NCBI GenBank assembly: GCA_039804105.1
Contig: JBDRZU010000002.1
Location: 288,001-352,000 of the forward strand
DNA length: 64,000 nt
Direction of reading: 5' to 3'
From: a candidate division WOR-3 bacterium
Lineage (GTDB): Bacteria; Hydrothermota; 32-111
This document shows, one piece after another, positions 41,112 through 50,654 of the stretch (positions within the stretch are counted from its first letter, which is position 1; the number at the start of each line of letters is the position of its first letter). The notes under the pieces are model-generated. The model did no database searches. It saw nothing but the letters and a program-made list of their open reading frames with translations, and was not told where the DNA came from. Position numbers and translations under genes: made by a program.

Positions 41112-42077
41112 TCAAACCTTATAGTACTCTTTAAACCAACTATAAAATCTTTCGATTCCTTCTTCGATACCAATTTTTGGTTCGTAGTTTAAAATTCTTT
41201 TACTTTTTCCCATATCAGCATAGGTTCTTTTCATATCAAAACTTTTTCTTTTTTCTTCAACATAGTTAAATTTTGGAATCAATTTTTTTATTATCCTCAA
41301 TACCTCTTCAATTTTAACAGGCTTCGACGCTCCTATGTTTAAAATATCAAAACCTTTTAAGTTTTCAACATATTCTATACTTCTTGTGATCATCTCAACA
41401 CCATCATCGATATAAGTAAAATCTCTTTCTGTCTGTGAAAACACAACGGATTGTTTCCCTGTGAAATGGTTCAGGAAAAATTTATGTAACATGAGGTCAG
41501 GCCTCTGTGATGGTCCATAAAATGTGAACAACCTTAAAACAAGAACATCCAGACCAAAATTTTTTGAAAAGAATTTTGCGAGATTTTCTCCCTCAACTTT
41601 TGTGACTCCATAAAAAGATATGGGGGAAGGTAAAAAACTCTCTTTAAACGGTATTTTTTTGTTGTTTCCATATACTGATGAAGAAGAGATGAATATTATC
41701 TTTTTGACATTGAACTTTCTTGCACATTCAAAAATGTTAAAACTACCAATGACATTATTATCAAAATAATCTCTCATTTTAAGATTGGATTGGTGAACAC
41801 CAGGAAGAGCAGCAAAATGAATTATAAGATCAATGTTTTTTTCGCTAAAAAAAAATTCAATAATTTTTTTATCTCTGATATCTATGTTGAAAATATTCTT
41901 GTATTTTTTGTTTTTTTCAATCCTTTTAGATAAACTCAGATTGTAAAGTTTCTGTTTTATATCATAAAAATCTGAAAAATTGTCTAATATCGTAATTTCG
42001 AATCTATTGTGATCGAGTTTTTTATAGAGTGAACTCCCTATAAAACCCGCTCCACCGGTTATAAGAATATTTTTCAT
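41112..42077 (-). CDS. NAD-dependent epimerase/dehydratase (UDP-glucuronate 4-epimerase-like)
   Basis: TGGAGFIGS, SSSSVYG, YGVTK, YGPSQRPD, RDFTYIDD. Confidence 0.9.
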   Translation of the reverse strand: MKNILITGGAGFIGSSLYKKLDHNRFEITILDNFSDFYDIKQKLYNLSLSKRIEKNKKYKNIFNIDIRDKKIIEFFFSEKNIDLIIHFAALPGVHQSNLKMRDYFDNNVIGSFNIFECARKFNVKKIIFISSSSVYGNNKKIPFKESFLPSPISFYGVTKVEGENLAKFFSKNFGLDVLVLRLFTFYGPSQRPDLMLHKFFLNHFTGKQSVVFSQTERDFTYIDDGVEMITRSIEYVENLKGFDILNIGASKPVKIEEVLRIIKKLIPKFNYVEEKRKSFDMKRTYADMGKSKRILNYEPKIGIEEGIERFYSWFKEYYKV

Positions 42078-42083
42078 ATTTTT

Positions 42084-42111
42084 ATGATAACAGAATAATA
42101 ACCGTTGTCAA
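42084..42111 (-). promoter_or_regulatory. sigma70-type promoter, probably leaderless
   Basis: TTGACA-N16-TATCAT with extended TG, 6 nt before ATG 42077. Confidence 0.6.
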
Positions 42112-42123
42112 TCTTTGAAAAAT

Positions 42124-44175
42124 CTATTTTATGTACTGTAATTTGTACAGTTCATAATAATAGTTCCTCTTTGATATCAGCTCCTTATGGTTGCCTTCCT
42201 CTACTATCCTTCCTTTATTCAAAACATAAATTTTGTCTGCATCCTGAATCGTTGATAACCTGTGTGCAATAGCGATGGTTGTTCTGTTTTTCATTATCTT
42301 TGATATAGCATCCTGAATAAGATGTTCTGTTTCGGAATCTATGTTGGATGTTGCTTCATCGAGTATCAAAATTTTTGGTTCTCCAACAAGCGCTCGTGCA
42401 AAAGCAATAAGTTGTCTTTGTCCTGTTGACAGATTTGTTCCCCTTTCATTCAATACGGTATCATACTTTTTTGGAAGTTTGTCTATGAATGTATCAGCGT
42501 TAACATATTTTGAATATTTTTCCATCTTTGCAAAGGAAACATTTCTTGAAAGAAGAATGTTATATTTTATATCGCCCGAGAAAATTACAACATCCTGTAA
42601 TACTAACCCAAAAATATCTCTAAGATCTTTTAGGGATATTTCTTTTATGTTAACTCCATCTATTAAAATCTCTCCCTCGGTTGGGTCATAGAATCTCAGA
42701 AGAAGGTTTATGATTGTGGTTTTTCCTGCACCTGTCGCTCCCACAAAAGCAGCGGAACTGTTCGGTGTTATTTTGAATGAAACATTTCTTAAAACAGGTT
42801 CACCTTTCTTGTATTCAAATGAAACATTTCTAAACTCAACTTCACCTTTAAAATCCTTTAAAACCTTTGGGTTTTCTTTTTCAACTATTGATGATTTCTC
42901 ATCAAGAAGTATAAATATTTTTTCTGATGCTGCCATCGCTCCCTGATAGATATTATATTTTTCTGAAAAATCAAAGATCGGTCTAAAGAAAAGTTCAATG
43001 TATGAGAAAAATGCAAAGAGTATTCCTATCGTGTACTCGCCTCTAAAAATACCCTGACTACCAAAATATATAAGAATCGATAATGTCAAAAAGGATATCA
43101 CATCTATCAAAGGTCTAAAGATTGAGAAAATAAAAAGTTGATTCATGTTTGCGTTATAGAATTCTTTCCCAATCCTGTTAAAATCATCAAAGGACTCTTT
43201 TTCTTTATGAAACGATTGAATCAATGAAATACCACTTATCGATTCGGAAATAAAAGCGTTCAATTTGGCAACAGCAACCCTCACTCTTCTGTATGATATC
43301 CTTGCAAACTTTTGAAAGAATATCAGGATCAAAAATACGAAAGGCAAAGTCAAAAGTATTATCATGCTGAGTTTAAAAGACATTCTTAACATCATTATTA
43401 TAATTCCAATGATCGTTAAAATATCTTTTGCAGAGTAAACAAAAACATCCGTAAAAAGTTCCCTTAAAGCTGCAACATCGTTTGTGGCTCTTGTAACAAG
43501 TTTTCCTATTGGATTTTTGTTGAAAAAATCGATCGATAGATTAAGCATATGCTTTAAAATATCTTCCCTCATATCATACATTATCTTTTCGGAAACAACT
43601 GAAAGTATCAAAACTTGAATATAATTAAAAATGAAAAGCAATATCAGAACAAAAACATAGAGCAAAGCGAACTTTCTCACATTGAATATATCCTCTTTTC
43701 TTATCTGATACAATGTCTCTCGATCAAATTTTAAAATTTCATTTTCTGAAACAAAAATATTTTTTTCACCTTCAAAATATTTGATACCTTTTGCTTTAAT
43801 TTCATTTAAAAACTTTTTCTCAACTGGAAAAAATTTTGTCTCATCAAGAAGGGAATCCTTTTCAAGAATCACAATATCAGATTTTGTAAGTAACTTTGAA
43901 GGTATGATGAAAAATGAATCTACCTGTTCCACATACGATATATTTTTTTTGAATAGATGTTCAGTTTTTTCATTTAAAAAAATTTTTGAATAATTTTTTC
44001 TTATATAACCATCTATCGCTTTTCTTGAAATCTGTGGTAAAACAACCTGTAACCCACTTATGAACAAAAGTAAAATAAAAGTGAAAACTATTTGCCAAAA
44101 ATATTTTCTTGAATAATCCCAGATACCTTTCAAAATTCTTTTATCTGACAGCTTATAACTTCTTTCCTCTTCCAT
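42124..44175 (-). CDS. Heterodimeric ABC exporter subunit (permease plus NBD)
   Basis: GATGAGKT, degenerate signature LSTGQ, ILDEATS, AHRL. Large insertion between TM1 and TM2. Confidence 0.92.
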   Translation of the reverse strand: MEEERSYKLSDKRILKGIWDYSRKYFWQIVFTFILLLFISGLQVVLPQISRKAIDGYIRKNYSKIFLNEKTEHLFKKNISYVEQVDSFFIIPSKLLTKSDIVILEKDSLLDETKFFPVEKKFLNEIKAKGIKYFEGEKNIFVSENEILKFDRETLYQIRKEDIFNVRKFALLYVFVLILLFIFNYIQVLILSVVSEKIMYDMREDILKHMLNLSIDFFNKNPIGKLVTRATNDVAALRELFTDVFVYSAKDILTIIGIIIMMLRMSFKLSMIILLTLPFVFLILIFFQKFARISYRRVRVAVAKLNAFISESISGISLIQSFHKEKESFDDFNRIGKEFYNANMNQLFIFSIFRPLIDVISFLTLSILIYFGSQGIFRGEYTIGILFAFFSYIELFFRPIFDFSEKYNIYQGAMAASEKIFILLDEKSSIVEKENPKVLKDFKGEVEFRNVSFEYKKGEPVLRNVSFKITPNSSAAFVGATGAGKTTIINLLLRFYDPTEGEILIDGVNIKEISLKDLRDIFGLVLQDVVIFSGDIKYNILLSRNVSFAKMEKYSKYVNADTFIDKLPKKYDTVLNERGTNLSTGQRQLIAFARALVGEPKILILDEATSNIDSETEHLIQDAISKIMKNRTTIAIAHRLSTIQDADKIYVLNKGRIVEEGNHKELISKRNYYYELYKLQYIK

Positions 44176-44182
44176 CAATTTC

Positions 44183-45904
44183 TCACCCTTCCAGTTTTTG
44201 TATTCTATAAAACTCCCTATAGACGGGAGATTTAAGTATCAACTCATCATGTTTTCCGGAACTCTCAATTTTCCCATCTTTTAGCACGAATATCTTATCA
44301 GCATTTATAAAGGATGATATTCTGTGAGAGATCACTATCGTTGTTATGTTTTTAGAGTATATGTACAGGTTTTTCAAAATCTCCTTTTCAGTATTCGTAT
44401 CAACAGCACTCAAAGCATCATCAAGTATTAAAATCCTTGGTTTTCTTACAAGTGCTCTCGCAATACACAATCTCTGTTTTTGTCCACCTGAGAGTGTGAC
44501 TCCCTTTTCTCCTACGAGTGTATCAAGCCCATCTTTAAAATCTTTAAGATCCTTATCAAAAGCGGAGATCTTTATCACTTCGTCTATCAACCTATCATCA
44601 GCAGCCCTATTGGCAAACCTTATGTTTTCCTTTATGGTCATTGAAAAAAGAAAAGAATCCTGTGGAACATAACCGATACTATCCCTTATACTTTCTATTC
44701 TGATATCGTTCGCATCGATTCCATCAAAGAATATTTTTCCCTCTTTTTCTATAAGAATTCTTAAAATAAGTTTTATAAGAGTAGTTTTACCTGTTCCAAT
44801 TTTACCAATTATTCCAATGTACTCTCCCTTGTTTATTTGAAGTGAAATTTTATCAAGAACATAGTTGTTTTCGTCATAATAGAAAGAAACATCTTTGAAT
44901 TCAATATTACCTTCAAGAAGGATATCCTTTGCTCCCTCTCGATTTTTAATTTTTGGTTCCTCTTTTAAAAATTCATAAACCCTTTTGAACGAAGCGTTAC
45001 CTCTTTGAAAAATATTCGAAGCAAAACCAACAGCCATCATCGGCCATGTTATGATTCCAAGATAAACAAAAAACGCTATAAATTCTCCGGTTGAAATCTC
45101 TCCAAGCATCGTCTGTTGTCCACCAAAAAATAAAACTATCGCTGCTCCAAGATCTGAAAAGAAGAAAATCAAAGGGAACATTATTCCCCAAATTTTTATA
45201 AGAACGATATTCTTATCAACATAATCTTTACTTATAGTGTTAAACCTTTTAACCTCTTCTTGCTGTTGGTTGAAAGATTGTACTATTTTGATTCCTGAAA
45301 TCAGTTCCTGAACCTTATCGGTCATATTCGAAAAAGATTCTTGAACCTTTTTAAAATATTTAAAATTGAGTTTCATAGAAATTAATGTTATTAAAGATAC
45401 AAAAGGAAGGGGAAGAAGAGCAAGGAGTGTCAACTTCACATTCATCCTTAACATGAACACAAGGGTTGCAAGGAAAAGGAATATTGAATCAAAAGCCGAA
45501 ATAATACCGAACGCAGTCGACATCCTTATCGCCTGCATATCGTTTGTCATGTGCGCCATGAGATCACCGGTTTTAACTCTGTTAAAAAATGACGAGTCAA
45601 GTTTTAAAAGATGATCATACAACTTATTTTTAAAATCATATTCTATGAAATGTGACATACCAAGAATAATCATTCTCCAGGAGAATCTTAAGATTCCTAT
45701 ACTTAAAGCAAGTCCTCCTATGACAAGTGTTAAAAAAACTATTTTATCAAAATAATCTTTCCCAAAGATTATATAATCTATCGCTTTCTGTGAAACACGT
45801 GGGATTATGAGTTGAACAATATCAACAAGAATAAGCATTATAAAACCAAAGATTATCCTTAAAGGCGCTTTTCTATAATATGATAGGATGAACTTTATAA
45901 GCAT
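44183..45904 (-). CDS. Heterodimeric ABC exporter subunit (permease plus NBD)
   Basis: GKIGTGKT, LSGGQKQR, non-canonical Walker B ILDDAL, SHR. Confidence 0.92.
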   Translation of the reverse strand: MLIKFILSYYRKAPLRIIFGFIMLILVDIVQLIIPRVSQKAIDYIIFGKDYFDKIVFLTLVIGGLALSIGILRFSWRMIILGMSHFIEYDFKNKLYDHLLKLDSSFFNRVKTGDLMAHMTNDMQAIRMSTAFGIISAFDSIFLFLATLVFMLRMNVKLTLLALLPLPFVSLITLISMKLNFKYFKKVQESFSNMTDKVQELISGIKIVQSFNQQQEEVKRFNTISKDYVDKNIVLIKIWGIMFPLIFFFSDLGAAIVLFFGGQQTMLGEISTGEFIAFFVYLGIITWPMMAVGFASNIFQRGNASFKRVYEFLKEEPKIKNREGAKDILLEGNIEFKDVSFYYDENNYVLDKISLQINKGEYIGIIGKIGTGKTTLIKLILRILIEKEGKIFFDGIDANDIRIESIRDSIGYVPQDSFLFSMTIKENIRFANRAADDRLIDEVIKISAFDKDLKDFKDGLDTLVGEKGVTLSGGQKQRLCIARALVRKPRILILDDALSAVDTNTEKEILKNLYIYSKNITTIVISHRISSFINADKIFVLKDGKIESSGKHDELILKSPVYREFYRIQKLEG

Positions 45905-45946
45905 AGAAAGATATATTAATCCAAAAAATCAGTTAGTCAACATCAA

Positions 45947-46957
45947 CTATTCATTGTTCAATAAATTTTTGATTTTCAAAAACGAAAACAAACCAAGAAA
46001 GGCAGGGATATATGTTGAAATCAATCTGAATATAAAAATATACAGGAGTATATTCTCTTTTCCAACAATCTGAGAGAAGAAAAGAGCCATTCCACCTTCC
46101 GCAACACCACTTGAACCTGGTGTTGGAACAAAGGCAGAAAGATATGTTAATAAAAATTGTAGAGAAAATGCTTTAAAAAAATCCACTTTAACATTGAAAA
46201 GTTTGATAACAAAAAACGATAATGCAAAGTAAGAGTAGAGCGATATAAAAGTTGAAAGTAAGGAAAGAAAATTTTCTTTTATACCTTTCGTAAAAATTGT
46301 TTTTACCCCTTCTGTAAAGTTTGAAAAAAATTCTATCACTTTTAATAAAATTTTTTTTATAAGATTCTGTTTGATCGTTTTCTCAACAAAAATTTTTAAT
46401 TTTTCATTAAAGAAAATTATCATAAAAAGTATAAAAAACATCAAAGAGTAGATTCCAATAAAATATCTTATAAGATTTTTAAAATATTCTGTAGAAAAGA
46501 CACTCTGAAGATAAAATAAAATAAAAGGTATTGTCAATATCATAACAATTAACGATTGAAAACCTCTCATAACTACAACTGATGTTGCATTACCTAAGTT
46601 TATTCCCTTTTTTGAAAGAAGAAAAAGTTGAAACGGCATTCCACCCGATTGAAATGGAGTTATGAGTGCAAGTAGCACACCTCCAAGAGTGAAAATGTAA
46701 CCATCAGAAAAAGTGAAATTTTTGTTAAAAATTTTTCCTAAAAAATAGATTCTTAATATGTTGAAAAAGTTTGAAGAAATAAAAAAGAGAACTATTAAAA
46801 CAATATTATGAATATCAAAATTAACTCTTAAATTTTTTGGAAAATCTTTCACATAAAGAAAAAAGATCAAAATATAGGAAGATAGAGTGAAAATAAAAAA
46901 AAGAAGTAGTCCCGTTTTTATTCTATTTTTCAAAATTTTCCTCTTTTGGGGACTCAT
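45947..46957 (-). CDS. Lysylphosphatidylglycerol synthase TM-domain (flippase-like) protein
   Basis: Multi-TM protein with ITPFQSGGMP and PTPGSSGVAE. Confidence 0.85.
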   Translation of the reverse strand: MSPQKRKILKNRIKTGLLLFFIFTLSSYILIFFLYVKDFPKNLRVNFDIHNIVLIVLFFISSNFFNILRIYFLGKIFNKNFTFSDGYIFTLGGVLLALITPFQSGGMPFQLFLLSKKGINLGNATSVVVMRGFQSLIVMILTIPFILFYLQSVFSTEYFKNLIRYFIGIYSLMFFILFMIIFFNEKLKIFVEKTIKQNLIKKILLKVIEFFSNFTEGVKTIFTKGIKENFLSLLSTFISLYSYFALSFFVIKLFNVKVDFFKAFSLQFLLTYLSAFVPTPGSSGVAEGGMALFFSQIVGKENILLYIFIFRLISTYIPAFLGLFSFLKIKNLLNNE

Positions 46958-47987
46958 CGATAATCTGTTCTATACTCTTTCCCGTTTTTTGAACAATTCT
47001 CAAAGTTAAAATTCCACCGAGAAAAGCTCCTATTGTAAAGGTGAAAAATCTCCAGATTATAGCATAAATTCCAAGGATATCTTTCGGACATACATCTTTA
47101 AAAAGTATAGCAAAAACTGTTTCTGCGATTCCACTCGCACCGGGAGTTGGCATAAAGTAAACCAAAAAATTATGAAGAAATTGAAGATTTGCAACAGCTA
47201 AGGGGTGTTCGATCTTTACACCAAGACCCAGAAGTATCAGAATCGCAATCGAAAAGAAAACGATATAAGAAAAAAAAGTTAAAAAGAGTAAAACGAAAAG
47301 GAGTGTTTTCCTTTTATTGAAATAATGTTTTAAACCATCTTTGAAATAATCTATCTCTCTTTCAATAAAATTTGAAAATCTTTTTATCGGACTTCTTTCA
47401 CTTCTCTTTCTGTTAAACAATCCATTATCCAATTTTTCAAGAAACTTTAAAAACTTTTCAGGTAAAAAATAGATCAAAATAGAAACTAACAACATCAAAG
47501 GATAAAGTATCATAATGTATTTTATTATCCATTCTACAATACTATTTTTTAAAAGATAAGAGTATGTGAGAAAAATGAACGGAAGAGCAAAGATGTGAAA
47601 AATTATCGCAAGAACTCCTCTCATAAACAAAATAAGTGTTCCTTCTCCATAAGGTATTCCATTCTTTTTAAGGTAGTAAACCTGAACTGGAAACCCTCCA
47701 GTTTGAAAAGGTGTAACAGCAGCAAGAAAAATTCCTGATACAACAACCTCTATACCCGTAAAAACTGAGATGTTATACCCAAGACCTTTTGCTAAATATT
47801 TTACTCTTACCCCATCAAGATAGTAGTATAAAATCAGAACAAGTAAAGTAAAAAGAAAATAATGAGGTCTTATACTTTTCAAATATTTCCAGGTTTCATC
47901 CGATATTGTTAGAATCAGAATAAGTGTACTTATGACTATTGTTATAAAAAGGAATACTTTGATGCCTTTTCTTATGTTTATGTTCAT
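46923..47987 (-). CDS. Lysylphosphatidylglycerol synthase TM-domain (flippase-like) protein
   Basis: Multi-TM protein with VTPFQTGGFP, PTPGASGIAE and IWRFFT. Confidence 0.87.
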   Translation of the reverse strand: MNINIRKGIKVFLFITIVISTLILILTISDETWKYLKSIRPHYFLFTLLVLILYYYLDGVRVKYLAKGLGYNISVFTGIEVVVSGIFLAAVTPFQTGGFPVQVYYLKKNGIPYGEGTLILFMRGVLAIIFHIFALPFIFLTYSYLLKNSIVEWIIKYIMILYPLMLLVSILIYFLPEKFLKFLEKLDNGLFNRKRSERSPIKRFSNFIEREIDYFKDGLKHYFNKRKTLLFVLLFLTFFSYIVFFSIAILILLGLGVKIEHPLAVANLQFLHNFLVYFMPTPGASGIAETVFAILFKDVCPKDILGIYAIIWRFFTFTIGAFLGGILTLRIVQKTGKSIEQIIDESPKEENFEK

Positions 47988-50539
47988 TTCAGACCTTTCA
48001 GGATTTCCCCTACCCTTTCGAGTTTCAATCTGAATTCTTCTATTTTTCGTGTTGTTTCTTCTATTACTTCATTATCAGCTTTATTCAGAAAATTTTCATT
48101 CTTTAAAAGTTTTTCGTTTTTTTCGATCTCTTTTTCAAGTTCTTGTTTCTCTTTTTCAAGTTTATTAATAAATGACCCAATATCTGATATATCTTTCGAT
48201 TCTATATAAACTATTCCCTCTTCAAAAGGTTTTGCAACAACATTTTTTGGTATATTATCCTTAAATTCGATACTCTCGATTTTTGTAAGTTTTTTTATCA
48301 GTTCAACATTTTCCTTTAAAAAATTGAAATCTTTTCCATCATACCTAATAAAGATATTCTTCACTCCAGTTTCCTGAACAAGGTTTCTGATTGAAACTAT
48401 CAAAGATTTCAACATTTCGACAAGTTTAAAACTCGTTTCATCAAAAAATTCAAAACATTCATACTCTTCCTGATGTATCATTTTTTTCGAACCTAAAAGC
48501 GAATTTATCTCTTCAGAGATGTATGGCATATAGGGATTGAGATTTCTTATAAATCTTTTTAAAACGAATAGAGCGTTTCTATTTCCTTTCATTTTTATTT
48601 TCATAATTTCAAGGTACCAATCACAGAATTCTTTCCAGAAAAAGTTATATAATGACTCAGCACCATCCGACAATCTATAATTTTCAACTGAATTTTGAAA
48701 ATCATTTTCAAATTTTGAAAGTAAATGTAAAATCCATCTATCAAATTCATCTTTTGTTTCTTTTTCTACTATTATTTCATTCTCATTTTGACCTAAAATC
48801 AACCTTGTCGCATTCCAGATTTTGTTGGCAAAATTTCTTCCAAGTTCAAAAGATTTTTCAGATATCTTAGGATCCGTTCCCTGTCCAGACATAAAAACGA
48901 GAGTGAATCTTAATGAGTCAGCACCAAACTTATTTATAATAATCAAAGGATCTATTCCATTTCCCAGAGATTTTGACATTTTTATTCCACGACTATCTCG
49001 AATCGTTCCGTGAATATAAATATCTTCAAAAGGCAATTTTCCCGTAAACTCAAGTCCGGCCATTATCATCCTTGCGATCCAGAAAAATAAAATTTCCGAA
49101 GCCGAAACTATAACCTTTGTTGGATAAAAATATTTAAAATCCTCTTTACCATCGATCCAACCGAGTGTTGCAAAAGGCCAGAGCCAAGATGAAAACCATG
49201 TATCAAGCACATTTTCATCCTGATGAACATTTCCTCCACAATCAGGACACCTATCGATTTTATCAACAGAAACAATCTCTTTTTTACATTCTTCACAGTA
49301 ATAAACAGGTATTCTGTGCCCCCACCATAACTGTCTTGAGATACACCATGGTTTTATGTTTGAGAGCCAGTGATTGTAAACGCCTTGCCATCTTTGAGGA
49401 AAAAATTTTAACTCTTTTTCAAGAGAAGCTTTTAGTGCTGGTTTTGCGAGTTCATCCATTCTAACAAACCATTGTTCTGAAAGATATGGCTCAACAACAG
49501 TTTTACACCTATAGCATTCTCCAACAGAGTGTTCATAGTCCTCTACCTTTTCCAATAGATTTAAACTTTCAAGTTCTTTTATTATTTCATCACGAGCTTT
49601 GTATCTTTCAAGACCTCTATATTTGCCCCCATTTTCATTAACAAAACCTTTGGTATCGAGAACAACTATTTTTTCAAGAGAATGTTTTTCTCCCATTATA
49701 AAATCGTTTGGATCGTGTGCAGGTGTAACTTTTACAAAACCGGTTCCAAAATTAACATCTACAAATTCATCACCGATGATTTTAACCTCTCTGTTTATTA
49801 GAGGAACTATAACAGTTTCACCTATAAGTTTACTCTTTGCTTCATCTGAAGGGTTAACTGCAACAGCAGTATCACCAAGCATCGTTTCAGGTCGTGTTGT
49901 AGCTACAACGATATATCCATCTTTATTTTTGAACGGATATCTTATATAATAAAGTTTTGCGTTTTTGGAAGTATAATCCACCTCTTCGTCAGATAAAGCT
50001 GTATGACATCTCGGACACCAATTAACAATATAATTTCCTTTATAAATATATCCTTTTTCATAAAGTCTTTTAAACACAAAAGAAACTGTTCTTGACATAT
50101 CCTCATCAAGAGTGAACTTTGTCCTATCCCAATCACATGTTGCACCAAGAGCTTTCAATTGATTCAAAATAATATTTTTATGTTCCTCTGCCCATTTCCA
50201 AACCTCTTTCTCAAAATTATCTCGCCCAAGATCCTCTTTCTTTTTCCCTTCTTTTTTCAATTTTCTCTCAACAACAACCTGAGTTGCTATTCCAGCATGA
50301 TCCGTTCCAGGAACCCACAATGAATTGTAACCTTTATTTCTGTGGTACCTGATAAGTATATCCTGGATGGTGTTGTTGAAAGCATGTCCAAGATGTAGAA
50401 CATCTGTAACATTTGGAGGTGGAATAACTATGGTGTAAGGTTTCTTTTTATAATCAATATTCGCTTTAAAAGGCTTTTTTTCCTCGTAAATTGAATTCCA
50501 TTTTCTTTCACACTCTTTAAAATCATATATCTTTTCCAT
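47984..50539 (-). CDS. valS: Valine--tRNA ligase
   Basis: PPPNVTDVLHLGH, GTDHAGIATQ, ATTRPETMLGD, WCISRQLWWGH, KMSKS, C-terminal coiled coil. Confidence 0.98.
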   Translation of the reverse strand: MEKIYDFKECERKWNSIYEEKKPFKANIDYKKKPYTIVIPPPNVTDVLHLGHAFNNTIQDILIRYHRNKGYNSLWVPGTDHAGIATQVVVERKLKKEGKKKEDLGRDNFEKEVWKWAEEHKNIILNQLKALGATCDWDRTKFTLDEDMSRTVSFVFKRLYEKGYIYKGNYIVNWCPRCHTALSDEEVDYTSKNAKLYYIRYPFKNKDGYIVVATTRPETMLGDTAVAVNPSDEAKSKLIGETVIVPLINREVKIIGDEFVDVNFGTGFVKVTPAHDPNDFIMGEKHSLEKIVVLDTKGFVNENGGKYRGLERYKARDEIIKELESLNLLEKVEDYEHSVGECYRCKTVVEPYLSEQWFVRMDELAKPALKASLEKELKFFPQRWQGVYNHWLSNIKPWCISRQLWWGHRIPVYYCEECKKEIVSVDKIDRCPDCGGNVHQDENVLDTWFSSWLWPFATLGWIDGKEDFKYFYPTKVIVSASEILFFWIARMIMAGLEFTGKLPFEDIYIHGTIRDSRGIKMSKSLGNGIDPLIIINKFGADSLRFTLVFMSGQGTDPKISEKSFELGRNFANKIWNATRLILGQNENEIIVEKETKDEFDRWILHLLSKFENDFQNSVENYRLSDGAESLYNFFWKEFCDWYLEIMKIKMKGNRNALFVLKRFIRNLNPYMPYISEEINSLLGSKKMIHQEEYECFEFFDETSFKLVEMLKSLIVSIRNLVQETGVKNIFIRYDGKDFNFLKENVELIKKLTKIESIEFKDNIPKNVVAKPFEEGIVYIESKDISDIGSFINKLEKEKQELEKEIEKNEKLLKNENFLNKADNEVIEETTRKIEEFRLKLERVGEILKGLK

Positions 50540-50654
50540 AAAAACTCCAAAAATATTTTTATTATAATAAAATCTTAAAAAAAGTAAATAAAAATATTGA
50601 TATTGACTAATCGAAAAATTTTTTATAAAATTTTATCAGGGAAAGGAGAATCAT

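Noticed and set aside
42124..45904. Degenerate ABC motifs as pseudogenisation
   Set aside because: One degenerate site is the normal design of heterodimeric exporters such as TM287/288 and BmrCD.
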